Source: Opitutia bacterium KCR 482
Lineage (GTDB): Bacteria > Verrucomicrobiota > Verrucomicrobiia > Opitutales > Intestinicryptomonadaceae
NCBI GenBank assembly: GCA_029269845.2
Contig: CP149973.1
Location: forward strand, 371,214 to 403,213
Direction: 5' to 3'
Length of the DNA: 32,000 nucleotides
Position numbers and translations under genes: made by a program. The notes beneath the pieces were generated by a model. It ran no database searches, was not told the origin of the DNA, and saw only the letters and a list, made by a program, of their open reading frames with translations. Shown here in pieces: positions 1 to 8,315 of this stretch (positions within the stretch are counted from its first letter, which is position 1; every line of letters starts with the position of its first letter).

Positions 1-22
1 CGCAAACCGCAAGCGCGGGCGC

Positions 23-55
23 AAAAAAAGCGGCGTCCGATTTCCCGAACGCCGC
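23..55 (-). terminator. Rho-independent terminator downstream of purL
   Basis: Stem GCGGCGT (30-36) pairs with ACGCCGC (49-55) around a 12-nt loop. On the minus strand the stem is followed by a T7 run (A-run 23-29 on +). It lies about 15 nt after the purL stop. Confidence 0.7.
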
Positions 56-70
56 AATTTTCAACGGGTG

Positions 71-3000
71 TTATTTGAAGTACTTCACGCCCGCGCCGAA
101 TATCGGCTGGACTTTGTTGCCGACAATGTTTTTGCCGACGTTTTCGCCGAAACGCTCGGTGTGCCCCATCTTGCCGAACACGAGTCCGTCGGGGCTTGTG
201 ATGCCCTCGATTGCGTGCAGAGAGCCGTTCGGGTTGAACGGAATCGACGCGCTCGGATTTCCGCTTTCGTCGACATACTGCGTTGCGATTTGCCCGTTGC
301 GCGCAAGGGATTCAACCACCGACTGCGGGGCTATGAATTTGCCCTCGCCGTGCGAGACGGGAATCATGTATTCGTCGCCTACGTTGCAGTCGGCAAGCCA
401 CGGCGAGAGCGTGCTTGCCACGCGCGTGCGGACATAGCAGCTGACGTGTCTGCCGATGTTGTTGTATGTGAGCGTGGGGCTGTCGGGCTTCAATTCGCGG
501 ACTTCGCCGAAAGGCACAAGACCCAGCTTGATGAGAGCCTGAAAACCGTTGCAAATGCCCAAAATCAAGCCCTTGCGGTCTTTCAGCAGGCGCATAACTG
601 CGTCGGTAAGCGCGGGGTTGCGGAAGACTGCGGCGATGAATTTGCCCGAACCCGCAGGTTCGTCGCCCGCGCTGAATCCGCCCGGAATCATGAGAATTTG
701 CGATTCGTCGATGAGCTTTTTCATCTCGGCAATCGAGAACGCCACGTCCGCGTCGGTCATGTTGCGGAACACGAAAGTTTTTGCGACAGCCCCCGCGCGT
801 TCGAACGCCCGCGCGGTGTCGTATTCGCAGTTCGTTCCGGGGAAGACGGGAATGAACACCTGCGGCTTGGCGCACTTCGACGGCGCAAGGGCGACGTTCT
901 TGTTCGCGAACGAGGGTTTGAGGATTTCCCCGTTTTGAGAGTCCGCCGCAAGCGTCGGGAAGGTGCCTTCAAGCGGCGCGTTCCACGCCTTTTTAAGCTC
1001 GGAAATTTCGATTGCCGCCGAGCCGATTTTGATTTCGGGGCGCGATATTGTTTTTCCCACGATTTTCGCGCCGTCGAGCGTCGCGCCGTCGGCAAGTTCC
1101 ACGAGCATTGCGCCGTAGTCGAGATCGAACGCGTCGCAGTCGGCGTCGAACTCGAAGCCGATTTCGTTGCCGAACGACATCTTTGCGACAGCCTCCGCAA
1201 GTCCGCCGAAACGCAGTGTGTGCGCGGCGAGAATTTTCCCCGCCTTGACCGCTTCGTAGACCGCCGCGTATTTTTTCTTGGCGTCGTCCCAGTCGGGCGT
1301 GAGGTCGGCGCGTTTTGCGACCTCCAAGAGCGCGACGCGCGAACCCGCCTTTTTAAATTCGGGCGAAAGCGCGTTGCGGACATCGCACGGGCACATAGCA
1401 AAGCTTACCAAAGTCGGGGGAACGTCGATGTCGTTGAACGAACCCGACATCGAGTCCTTGCCGCCGATTGCCGCCGACCCCAGCTCCATCTGCGCTTCGA
1501 ACGCGCCGAGCAACGCCGCAAGCGGTTTGCCCCAGCGCGTCGGATTGTCGCGCAGTTTTTCGAAATATTCCTGAAAAGTGAAGCGTATGCGCGATATGTC
1601 TCCGCCCGCCGCCGCGATTTTCGCGACGCTTTCGAGCACTGCGTACTGCGCCCCGTGGAACGGACTCCACTTCGAGATGTTCGGGTTGAAGCCGAAAGAG
1701 AACAGCGTGCCCGTGTTTGTGTCGCCTTTGAGAAGCGGAATTTTGGAGCACATCGCCTCCGGCTGCGTTGCGAGTTTCGCGCCGCCGTAGGGGTGCAGAA
1801 CCGCGCTCGCGCCAATCGAAGAGTCGAAGCGTTCAACAAGCCCGCGCTGCGAGCAGCAGTTGAGCGACGAAAGCATTTCGAGCCACGCGGATTTGTCGGA
1901 GGCGCGTTTTTTGTTCGGCGCAAAAGGCGTGTTTTCCGAGGGTTCGGTAATTTCCGCGCGAGCCACCGCGACCGTGCCGTTTGTGTCGAGGAAGTCGCGC
2001 CGCAGGTTTACGACGGCGTCGCCCTTCCACTTCATCACGAGTCTGCCGCTGTCGGTGACGTTCGCAACGTGCGTACATTCGAGGTTTTCCTCCGCCGCGT
2101 ATTCCCTGAATTTTTCGGCGTCCGCGGGCGAAACCACAACCGCCATGCGCTCCTGCGATTCGGAAATGGCAAGCTCGGTGCCGTCGAGTCCGCGGTATTT
2201 TTTGGGAACGGCGTCGAGGTTGATTTCGAGCGACGGCGCAAGCTCTCCTATCGCCACCGACACGCCGCCCGCGCCGAAGTCGTTGCAGCGTTTGATGAGC
2301 AGGCTCGCCTTGGGATTGCGGAAGAGCCTCTGCAATTTGCGTTCCATCGGGGCGTCGCCCTTCTGGACTTCCGCGGAGTTTTCGAGAGCCTTTTCGGTGT
2401 GGTCTTTCGACGAACCCGTCGCGCCGCCGATGCCGTCGCGCCCCGTGCGCCCGCCGACAAGCAGAATTACGTCGCCCTTTTCGGGAGTGCCGCGGTATAC
2501 CATGTCGCGGGGGGCGGCGGCTACGACCGCGCCGATTTCCATGCGTTTTGCGACGTATCCTTCGTCGTAAATTTCAACAACCTGCCCCGTCGCAAGCCCT
2601 ATTTGGTTGCCGTAGCTGCTGTATCCGTTAGCCGCGCCCGTTACGATTTTCTTTTGCGGAAGCTTGCCCGCGAGCGTTTTTTCGAACGGCGTGCGGGGGT
2701 CTCCCGCGCCCGTAATGCGCATTGCCTGATAGACGTAGCTTCTGCCCGAAAGGGGGTCTCGGATTGCGCCGCCGAGACATGTAGCCGCGCCGCCGAAAGG
2801 TTCGATTTCCGTCGGGTGGTTGTGCGTTTCGTTCTTGAACATCACAAGCCACTCCTGCTTTTGCCCGTCTACGTCGACTTCGACGACGATGCTTGCGGCG
2901 TTGATTTCCTCGCTTTCTTCAAGGTTGGCAAGCTTGCCCGCCTTGCGGAGAGCGCGCATTCCGATGAGGGCAACGTCCATGAGGCAGACGTGTTTGCCGC

Positions 3001-3787
3001 GCTCGGCGAGTTTGAGCTCGGCGCGGATTGAAAGGTATTTTTGCCAAGCCGCCTCTATCGGCTTTGCGAATTTTCCGCCGTCGATTTTTACGTCTTCGAG
3101 GTGCGTAAGGAATGTCGTGTGGCGGCAGTGGTCGCTCCAATAGGTGTCGAGCACTTTGATTTCGGTAATGGAGGGGTCGCGCTTTTCGGTTTTTGCGAAG
3201 TAGTCGCGGCAGAACGCGAGGTCTTTTACCGACATCGCAAGCGACATCTTTTTGTGGAGCGCGGCGATTTCCTCGTCGGACATCGAAACAAAGCCCGCTA
3301 TTCGCGCGACGCTCGACGGAATCTTCGCCGCCTTTACGAGAGTGTCGGGCTTTTCGAGGGACGCCTCGCGGCTGTCCACCGCGTTTATGAGGTATTTTTT
3401 AATACGCGCGACGTCGTTTTCCGACAGACCCTTTCCGAAGACGTAGACTCGGGCGCACGCGACTGTCGGGCGGGTTTTCGCCACAATCTGCACGCACTGT
3501 TCCGCCGAGTCTGCGCGCTGGTCGAACTGCCCTGGGAGGTATTCGACGGCGAAGACCGTGTCGCCGTCCGCCGTCGGGAACGTTTCCTCGTAGATATTTT
3601 CCACGGGGGCTTCGCAGAAAATCAGGTTTTTGACGGACTCGAACTGCGCGTCGTCAACGCCCTCTATATCGTAGCGTTGGAGCACGCGCGCTGGGGGAAT
3701 TTCCATGTTAAGGTTGCCCTTCAAATCGTTGAGGAGCGCGGTTGACGAGTGTCCGTTTTTTTCTTCTACAAAAACTCTGCGAATCAT
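71..3787 (-). CDS. purL: Phosphoribosylformylglycinamidine (FGAM) synthase, single-chain large form
   Basis: 1238-aa ORF with the single-chain FGAM synthase layout: an N-terminal PurS-like region, duplicated PurM-fold halves, and a C-terminal class-I glutamine amidotransferase. The amidotransferase carries the nucleophile motif LILGICNGFQ and a PVSHGEG His region. Confidence 0.95.
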   Translation of the reverse strand: MIRRVFVEEKNGHSSTALLNDLKGNLNMEIPPARVLQRYDIEGVDDAQFESVKNLIFCEAPVENIYEETFPTADGDTVFAVEYLPGQFDQRADSAEQCVQIVAKTRPTVACARVYVFGKGLSENDVARIKKYLINAVDSREASLEKPDTLVKAAKIPSSVARIAGFVSMSDEEIAALHKKMSLAMSVKDLAFCRDYFAKTEKRDPSITEIKVLDTYWSDHCRHTTFLTHLEDVKIDGGKFAKPIEAAWQKYLSIRAELKLAERGKHVCLMDVALIGMRALRKAGKLANLEESEEINAASIVVEVDVDGQKQEWLVMFKNETHNHPTEIEPFGGAATCLGGAIRDPLSGRSYVYQAMRITGAGDPRTPFEKTLAGKLPQKKIVTGAANGYSSYGNQIGLATGQVVEIYDEGYVAKRMEIGAVVAAAPRDMVYRGTPEKGDVILLVGGRTGRDGIGGATGSSKDHTEKALENSAEVQKGDAPMERKLQRLFRNPKASLLIKRCNDFGAGGVSVAIGELAPSLEINLDAVPKKYRGLDGTELAISESQERMAVVVSPADAEKFREYAAEENLECTHVANVTDSGRLVMKWKGDAVVNLRRDFLDTNGTVAVARAEITEPSENTPFAPNKKRASDKSAWLEMLSSLNCCSQRGLVERFDSSIGASAVLHPYGGAKLATQPEAMCSKIPLLKGDTNTGTLFSFGFNPNISKWSPFHGAQYAVLESVAKIAAAGGDISRIRFTFQEYFEKLRDNPTRWGKPLAALLGAFEAQMELGSAAIGGKDSMSGSFNDIDVPPTLVSFAMCPCDVRNALSPEFKKAGSRVALLEVAKRADLTPDWDDAKKKYAAVYEAVKAGKILAAHTLRFGGLAEAVAKMSFGNEIGFEFDADCDAFDLDYGAMLVELADGATLDGAKIVGKTISRPEIKIGSAAIEISELKKAWNAPLEGTFPTLAADSQNGEILKPSFANKNVALAPSKCAKPQVFIPVFPGTNCEYDTARAFERAGAVAKTFVFRNMTDADVAFSIAEMKKLIDESQILMIPGGFSAGDEPAGSGKFIAAVFRNPALTDAVMRLLKDRKGLILGICNGFQALIKLGLVPFGEVRELKPDSPTLTYNNIGRHVSCYVRTRVASTLSPWLADCNVGDEYMIPVSHGEGKFIAPQSVVESLARNGQIATQYVDESGNPSASIPFNPNGSLHAIEGITSPDGLVFGKMGHTERFGENVGKNIVGNKVQPIFGAGVKYFK

Positions 3788-3794
3788 TCAAAAC

Positions 3795-3822
3795 AGTTTC
3801 GCGAAATCTTGCCCTTTCGCAA
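3795..3822 (-). promoter_or_regulatory. Candidate sigma70-like promoter for purL (TTGCGA-N16-GAAACT, 7 nt before the ATG)
   Basis: Minus strand reads TTGCGA aagggcaagatttcgc GAAACT gttttga ATG. This is a hexamer match only and the -10 is weak. Confidence 0.2.
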
Positions 3823-3868
3823 TTCTTTTCTTGAAAAAAATAAAAATTCGAACGCCGCGCAAAAAAAC

Positions 3869-3897
3869 TTTTACAAGCGGGAGAATTATGGTAGATT
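3869..3897 (+). promoter_or_regulatory. Candidate sigma70-like promoter for the beta-barrel gene (TTTACA-N17-TAGATT, 6 nt before the ATG)
   Basis: TTTACA at 3869-3874, a 17-nt spacer, then TAGATT at 3892-3897. The start codon is at 3904 with no SD in between. Motif-level evidence only. Confidence 0.3.
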
Positions 3898-3903
3898 CGA
3901 CGA

Positions 3904-4824
3904 ATGTTGAAAAAATGCGCAATTATAACCGCATGCGCCGCAGCAATGCTCTGCGCCGCGCACGCAAGAATAACGTCTTTCGGAGAACCCGCAAAATACG
4001 GGCTTTCCCCCTCGCCCGAAAATTGGTACGACGTAAACCCCTACACTTGGGACGTTTTCACGACTTTCGACGGCGACAAAATCATGGGCGCTGGCACCGA
4101 ACGCTACACAATGCTCGGCGCGGAATGCTACTCGACGGGAGTCATTGAGGGCAGAAAAGTGGGCGACTTCACTGCGGTTGCCTCCCTCGTAGACAGGGGC
4201 GCGTTCTTCGGCGGCGACGGATACCTCGACCTCTACTACTTCGCGCCCGTTGACGCCAACAAATACGCACAGCAAATCAATTTCTTCGGCGGATGGAAGT
4301 ACAACCTCAACCAGTACCTCGACATCGACATCGGCGGCAACATGATTTATTCCACAAAGCGCGTCGTAGGCCCCGGTCTTGTGGTGGAGGGCATGGGCGG
4401 CGAAACCCTGCGCGGCGATATCTACATAGGCTTTACCACAAACAAGCTCTACGTTGCGCCTTTCGTCTTTGCGGGCTACGACCCGACCTACGACGAGCTT
4501 CGCCTCACGGCGGGCTTTGCGCCGAGCGTAGACCTCGAACCAATCACGGGAATCCGCGGTCTTGCAATAGAAAGTAAGGCGATTTTCGGATACGTCAGGG
4601 CGCAGCGTTTTTCGGGCAGCGAAATAGTCGGCGGCGGCTATTGGCGGACTGAATACAGCTACATTCAGACGGAGGCAAACCTCGTCTACACCTACAAGCA
4701 CCTGCGCACGTTTGCGGGGGTCGGCTGGGCTATCCACGACGACGGCAAATACGCCCCCAACGGCGCGTATTTAGGCTCGGACAACAACGTTTGGGTAGGC
4801 GGCGGCATCGGCTGGATTTTCTAA
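3904..4824 (+). CDS. Putative outer-membrane beta-barrel protein (uncharacterised; weak resemblance to the Gcw_chp/TorF-type barrel family)
   Basis: The 306-aa protein has a signal peptide (MLKKCAIITACAAAMLCAAHA). It is Gly/Tyr-rich with an alternating hydrophobic pattern, and the C-terminus GGGIGWIF ends in Phe as expected for BAM substrates. It is a monocistronic unit with its own terminator. Codon composition looks native. Confidence 0.7.
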   Translation: MLKKCAIITACAAAMLCAAHARITSFGEPAKYGLSPSPENWYDVNPYTWDVFTTFDGDKIMGAGTERYTMLGAECYSTGVIEGRKVGDFTAVASLVDRGAFFGGDGYLDLYYFAPVDANKYAQQINFFGGWKYNLNQYLDIDIGGNMIYSTKRVVGPGLVVEGMGGETLRGDIYIGFTTNKLYVAPFVFAGYDPTYDELRLTAGFAPSVDLEPITGIRGLAIESKAIFGYVRAQRFSGSEIVGGGYWRTEYSYIQTEANLVYTYKHLRTFAGVGWAIHDDGKYAPNGAYLGSDNNVWVGGGIGWIF

Positions 4825-4906
4825 TCCGCCCTCCCCGCGCCTCCCGCTTCTGTCGGGAAAAACCGCGCCGCTTCAAGCGGCGAAAAGCACGCCAATTTTG
4901 GGCAAC

Positions 4907-4936
4907 AAAAAACCGCGCCGTTTCGGGCGCGGTTTT
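4907..4936. terminator. Bidirectional intrinsic terminator between the beta-barrel gene (+) and clpX (-)
   Basis: A6 run (4907-4912), stem CCGCGCC (4913-4919) pairing with GGCGCGG (4926-4932), then a T4 run (4933-4936). A second hairpin, CGCCGC-ttcaa-GCGGCG at 4866-4882, is followed on the minus strand by cgg-TTTTT and could back up clpX termination. Confidence 0.75.
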
Positions 4937-4955
4937 GCGTTTTGCGCGTTTCGAA

Positions 4956-6185
4956 TTATTCGAAAGTCTTTTTCACGGTTTCCGCGTCAACCACGACTTT
5001 CTTTTTGGAGGAATCGTCGGGCAGTTCGTACATTACGTTTAGCATTATGCTTTCCATAATGGAGCGCAGGGCGCGCGCGCCCGTGCCGAAGTCCATCGCC
5101 TTTTGCGCGACCGCTTCGACCGCGTCGGCTGTAAATTCGAGCTTCACGCCGTCGAGCGAAAGCAGCTTGGAATACTGGCGCACGAGCGAGTTTTTCGTCT
5201 CGGTGAGAATGTGAACCAAGTCGTCTTTCGTAAGTTCGTTGAGCGTGCAGACAACGGGAAGTCTGCCGATAAACTCCGGAATGAAGCCGAACGACACCAA
5301 GTCTTCGGGCTGAACCTTGTCTTTAAAAGACTTCTTTTTGCCGTCGGCCTCCGACGCTTCGCCGCTTTCGTTGAAGCCCATGACCTTTTCGTCGGCGCGT
5401 CGGGCGATGATTTTGTCCAAGCCCACGAACGCCCCGCCGCAGATGAAAAGTATGTTGCGGGTGTTTACCCTGATATACTCTTGGTCGGGGTGTTTTCTTC
5501 CGCCCTTCGGGGGAATGTTGCAGACCGTGCCTTCGAGTATTTTAAGGAGCGCCTGTTGGACGCCCTCGCCGCCGACGTCGCGCGTAATGGAAACGTTTTC
5601 CATTTTGCGGCAGATTTTGTCGATTTCGTCGATGTACACGATTCCGCATTCCGCGCGGGACACGTCGAAATCCGCCGCCCGCAGGAGGTTGAGGACTATG
5701 TTTTCGACGTCTTCGCCAACGTAGCCCGCCTCGGTTACATTTGTTGCGTCGCCGATTGCGAACGGCACGTTTAGCATTTTTGCGAGCGTGCGCGCCAAAT
5801 ACGTTTTGCCGCTGCCCGTAGGCCCTATGAGCAGCACATTGCTCTTTTCGATTTCCACGTCCGCGAAATCGCCGTCGGCTTTCTCTTTGAGGATTTCCGA
5901 TTTCAGGCGTTTGTAGTGGTTGTACACCGCAACGCTCAAAACCTTTTTCGCCTCGTCCTGCCCCACAACGTATTTGTCAAGCTCGGACTTCATTTCGGAG
6001 GGCTTGCGCACCTGAAAGTCGAGCGATTCCGCCATGTCTTTGCGCTTCGACTTGGCGTCTCGCAGGGCTATCGCGTTGTGGAGAACCTCGACGCACTGCG
6101 GGCAAATTGTCGCGCCGTTCGCGCCGGGGACAAGCTCGCCCACGACGTCAATCGGACGCCCGCAAAAACTGCATTTGTCTTTCAT
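4956..6185 (-). CDS. clpX: ATP-dependent Clp protease ATP-binding subunit ClpX
   Basis: The 409-aa protein has an N-terminal C4 zinc-binding domain (CSFCGR...CPQC), Walker A GPTGSGKT, Walker [10 protein letters not shown], and an IGF-type ClpP-docking loop present as MGF. It lies 2 nt downstream of clpP. Confidence 0.95.
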   Translation of the reverse strand: MKDKCSFCGRPIDVVGELVPGANGATICPQCVEVLHNAIALRDAKSKRKDMAESLDFQVRKPSEMKSELDKYVVGQDEAKKVLSVAVYNHYKRLKSEILKEKADGDFADVEIEKSNVLLIGPTGSGKTYLARTLAKMLNVPFAIGDATNVTEAGYVGEDVENIVLNLLRAADFDVSRAECGIVYIDEIDKICRKMENVSITRDVGGEGVQQALLKILEGTVCNIPPKGGRKHPDQEYIRVNTRNILFICGGAFVGLDKIIARRADEKVMGFNESGEASEADGKKKSFKDKVQPEDLVSFGFIPEFIGRLPVVCTLNELTKDDLVHILTETKNSLVRQYSKLLSLDGVKLEFTADAVEAVAQKAMDFGTGARALRSIMESIMLNVMYELPDDSSKKKVVVDAETVKKTFE

Positions 6186-6187
6186 TA

Positions 6188-6784
6188 CTACGCGTCGCGC
6201 TTTCTCTCGATTACCTTGTCGACGATGCCGTAAGCAACCGCCTCTTCGGCGGTCATGAAGAAGTCGCGGTCCGAGTCTTTTTCGATTTGCTCGACCGATT
6301 TCCCCGTGTCTTTCGAGAGGATTTCGTTAATTTTTTTGCGCCAGCGCAGAATTTCGTTCGCGGCGATTGAAATGTCGCGCGACTGCCCCGTCGCGCCGCC
6401 GTAGGGCTGGTGAATCATCACGCGCGAGTTGGGCAGCGAGTACCGTTTGCCCTTTGTACCCGCCGCAAGAAGAATCGTCGCCATGCTCGCCGCCTGACCG
6501 ACGCAGTAAGTCACCACGTCGCAGTGGAGGAACTTCATGGTGTCGTAAATCGCCATGCCCGCCGTTAGCGAGCCTCCGGGGCTGTTGATGTAGATGTGAA
6601 TGTCCTTCTTTGCGTCCTCCATTTGGAGAAAGAGCAACTGGGCGATTACGGCATTGGCAACGCCGTCGGTGATAGGCGTGCCGATGAACACGATTCTGTC
6701 TTTCAGAAGGCGCGAATAGACGTCCCACGAACGCTCGGTTCTGCCGTCGCGTTCGAAAACCGTAGGTATATAATATTCTCCCAT
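6188..6784 (-). CDS. clpP: ATP-dependent Clp protease proteolytic subunit ClpP
   Basis: The 198-aa protein carries the catalytic Ser in GQAASMA, His in MIHQP and Asp in DSDRD. An SD-like AAAGGAAAC sits immediately before the ATG. Confidence 0.95.
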   Translation of the reverse strand: MGEYYIPTVFERDGRTERSWDVYSRLLKDRIVFIGTPITDGVANAVIAQLLFLQMEDAKKDIHIYINSPGGSLTAGMAIYDTMKFLHCDVVTYCVGQAASMATILLAAGTKGKRYSLPNSRVMIHQPYGGATGQSRDISIAANEILRWRKKINEILSKDTGKSVEQIEKDSDRDFFMTAEEAVAYGIVDKVIERKRDA

Positions 6785-6813
6785 GTTTCCTTTGATGTGA
6801 AGTTTTAAATCGG

Positions 6814-6851
6814 CAAACGCGACTCCCCGTTAAACGGGAAAATCGCGTTTG
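6814..6851 (-). other. Long imperfect hairpin / inverted repeat in the tig-clpP spacer (function unknown)
   Basis: CAAACGCGA (6814-6822) pairs with TCGCGTTTG (6843-6851). An inner CCCGTT/AACGGG pairing is also possible. The element lies between the tig terminator and the clpP start, and no T-run follows it on either strand. Confidence 0.5.
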
Positions 6852-6853
6852 GC

Positions 6854-6878
6854 AAAAAAGCGGGCGTTGTCGAACGCC
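6854..6878 (-). terminator. Rho-independent terminator downstream of tig
   Basis: Minus strand reads GGCGTT-cgac-AACGCC-cgc-TTTTTT, starting 4 nt after the tig stop (stem 6863-6868 / 6873-6878, T-run = A-run 6854-6859 on +). Confidence 0.65.
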
Positions 6879-6881
6879 AAA

Positions 6882-8186
6882 TTACGCTTTAATCGAAACT
6901 TCCGCCTTGTCGGCGATGAAGTTGATGGCCTTTTGCAGAAGCGCGTCGGAGCGCAGGCGGTTTGCGCGCGCCCTGTCCTTCTGAATCTGCTTGATGAGGT
7001 CTTCGGGCTTTGTGTGCGTGCGCATGGATTCCTGCCAGAGCATGCGGCTCATGTCCTCGTTGTCGATTTTAAGGTCGTTTGCCTTTGCGACGCGGTTGAG
7101 GAAAATGCGCATTTTAGCCCTGCCTTCGGCTTCCTTGCCAGCGTTGTCGAAGAGGGATTCCTTGTTCTTTTCGATGTCTTCGCGAGAGGCGCCCTGCGAG
7201 AGCAGGCGCATCATCATTTCTTCGAGAATTGAGTGGCGTTCGTCTTCGACCGCGCTTTCGGGAAGCTTGAAATCGGTCTTTTCCATCAGCTGTTCGACGG
7301 CGAACTGGCGTTTGAGGATTTCGTTGTTCGACTTCTTTTCGTTCTCGATGCTTTCCTTAATCTTTTCGCGGAATTTTTCCTCGGAGTCCACGTCGAAAGA
7401 CTTGAAGAATTCGGCGTCGAGCTTGGGCATTTCCTTTTCGCGAATGTCGAAGATTTCGACTTCGTACTGCGCGGTCTTGCCCGCGATTTTGTCGTTCTTG
7501 ACGTCCTTCGGGAACTCGTGCGAGAGCGTTTTCTTTTCGCCCTTCTTCATGCCGACAATGCCCTGGACAACGCCCTGAATTCCGGGGGCTTCCTTGTTGC
7601 CCGCTTCCTCCCAAGTCGATTTCTGATCGGCGTAGAGGGGCATTTCGGGGGCGAGTTCGTTTACCGACACGCCGTCGATTTTGCCCGCGTAGGAGAGGCG
7701 CACAAAGTCGCCCGCCTTGATTTCGCGGTCGACTTCGTTGTATTTCGCGCGCTGGTTGAGGTGGAATTTTACGGCGTTTTCGATTTCCTCGTCGGTGGCG
7801 TCGGTCTTTTCAAGCTCGACTTTCGTCGCGAGCGATTCGGGAAGCTTTACTTCGGGATAGATGTCGGCGGTAAATTCGAGCTGGAAGCCGCCGTCTTTTT
7901 CCTCGTTTTTGAGATCGACGACAGCGTATACGTCGAATTCCTTGATGTCGTTGAGCGCGTCGATTGCCTTGCCCGTGAGGGAGCGTTCGAGCTGCTCCTT
8001 GATGTCTTTGGCGTAGAGTTTTACGACCATGTTGACGGGAGCTTTTCCGGGGCGGAAGCCGGGGATTTTCGCGCTCTTTACAAAGTCCTTTACGACTTTA
8101 TCGTTTTCTTCGGCGACCTGTTTTGCGTCGAACGAGAACGTAATCTTTTTGCGTGTATCGTTGATATTTTCTATATTTGTATTCAT
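6882..8186 (-). CDS. tig: Trigger factor (ribosome-associated PPIase chaperone)
   Basis: The 434-aa protein has the N-terminal ribosome-binding signature GFRPGKAP. It is acidic and K/E-rich with a three-domain length. Gene order is the conserved tig-clpP-clpX. Confidence 0.95.
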   Translation of the reverse strand: MNTNIENINDTRKKITFSFDAKQVAEENDKVVKDFVKSAKIPGFRPGKAPVNMVVKLYAKDIKEQLERSLTGKAIDALNDIKEFDVYAVVDLKNEEKDGGFQLEFTADIYPEVKLPESLATKVELEKTDATDEEIENAVKFHLNQRAKYNEVDREIKAGDFVRLSYAGKIDGVSVNELAPEMPLYADQKSTWEEAGNKEAPGIQGVVQGIVGMKKGEKKTLSHEFPKDVKNDKIAGKTAQYEVEIFDIREKEMPKLDAEFFKSFDVDSEEKFREKIKESIENEKKSNNEILKRQFAVEQLMEKTDFKLPESAVEDERHSILEEMMMRLLSQGASREDIEKNKESLFDNAGKEAEGRAKMRIFLNRVAKANDLKIDNEDMSRMLWQESMRTHTKPEDLIKQIQKDRARANRLRSDALLQKAINFIADKAEVSIKA

Positions 8187-8315
8187 AATTATAAAATCCG
8201 TTTGGCGCAGCTGAAAGCGCGTTTTAAATTAAGGTTTCGATGATGGACTTAAAAAATCGAGCGTCAACAAAAAACACTCGCCCGCCGCCCGAAAAAGTGC
8301 CGAAGCCCGCGCCGC

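Noticed and set aside
68-3031. 987-aa ORF on the plus strand, antisense to purL
   Set aside because: It fully overlaps a gene with unmistakable FGAM synthase homology. Its translation is low-complexity and rich in R, A, V and F, with no recognisable motif. It is a typical stop-free shadow frame opposite GC3-rich codons.
7233-8243. 336-aa plus-strand ORF antisense to tig. Similar antisense ORFs occur at 8661-9854 (mrdA), 11827-12633 (mreB), 14529-15143 (lysA), 21812-22396 (SET), 27734-28537 (GH2) and 28670-29524 (Sel1).
   Set aside because: Each is fully contained in a gene with strong homology on the other strand and has a biased F/V/R/A composition. They are shadow ORFs.
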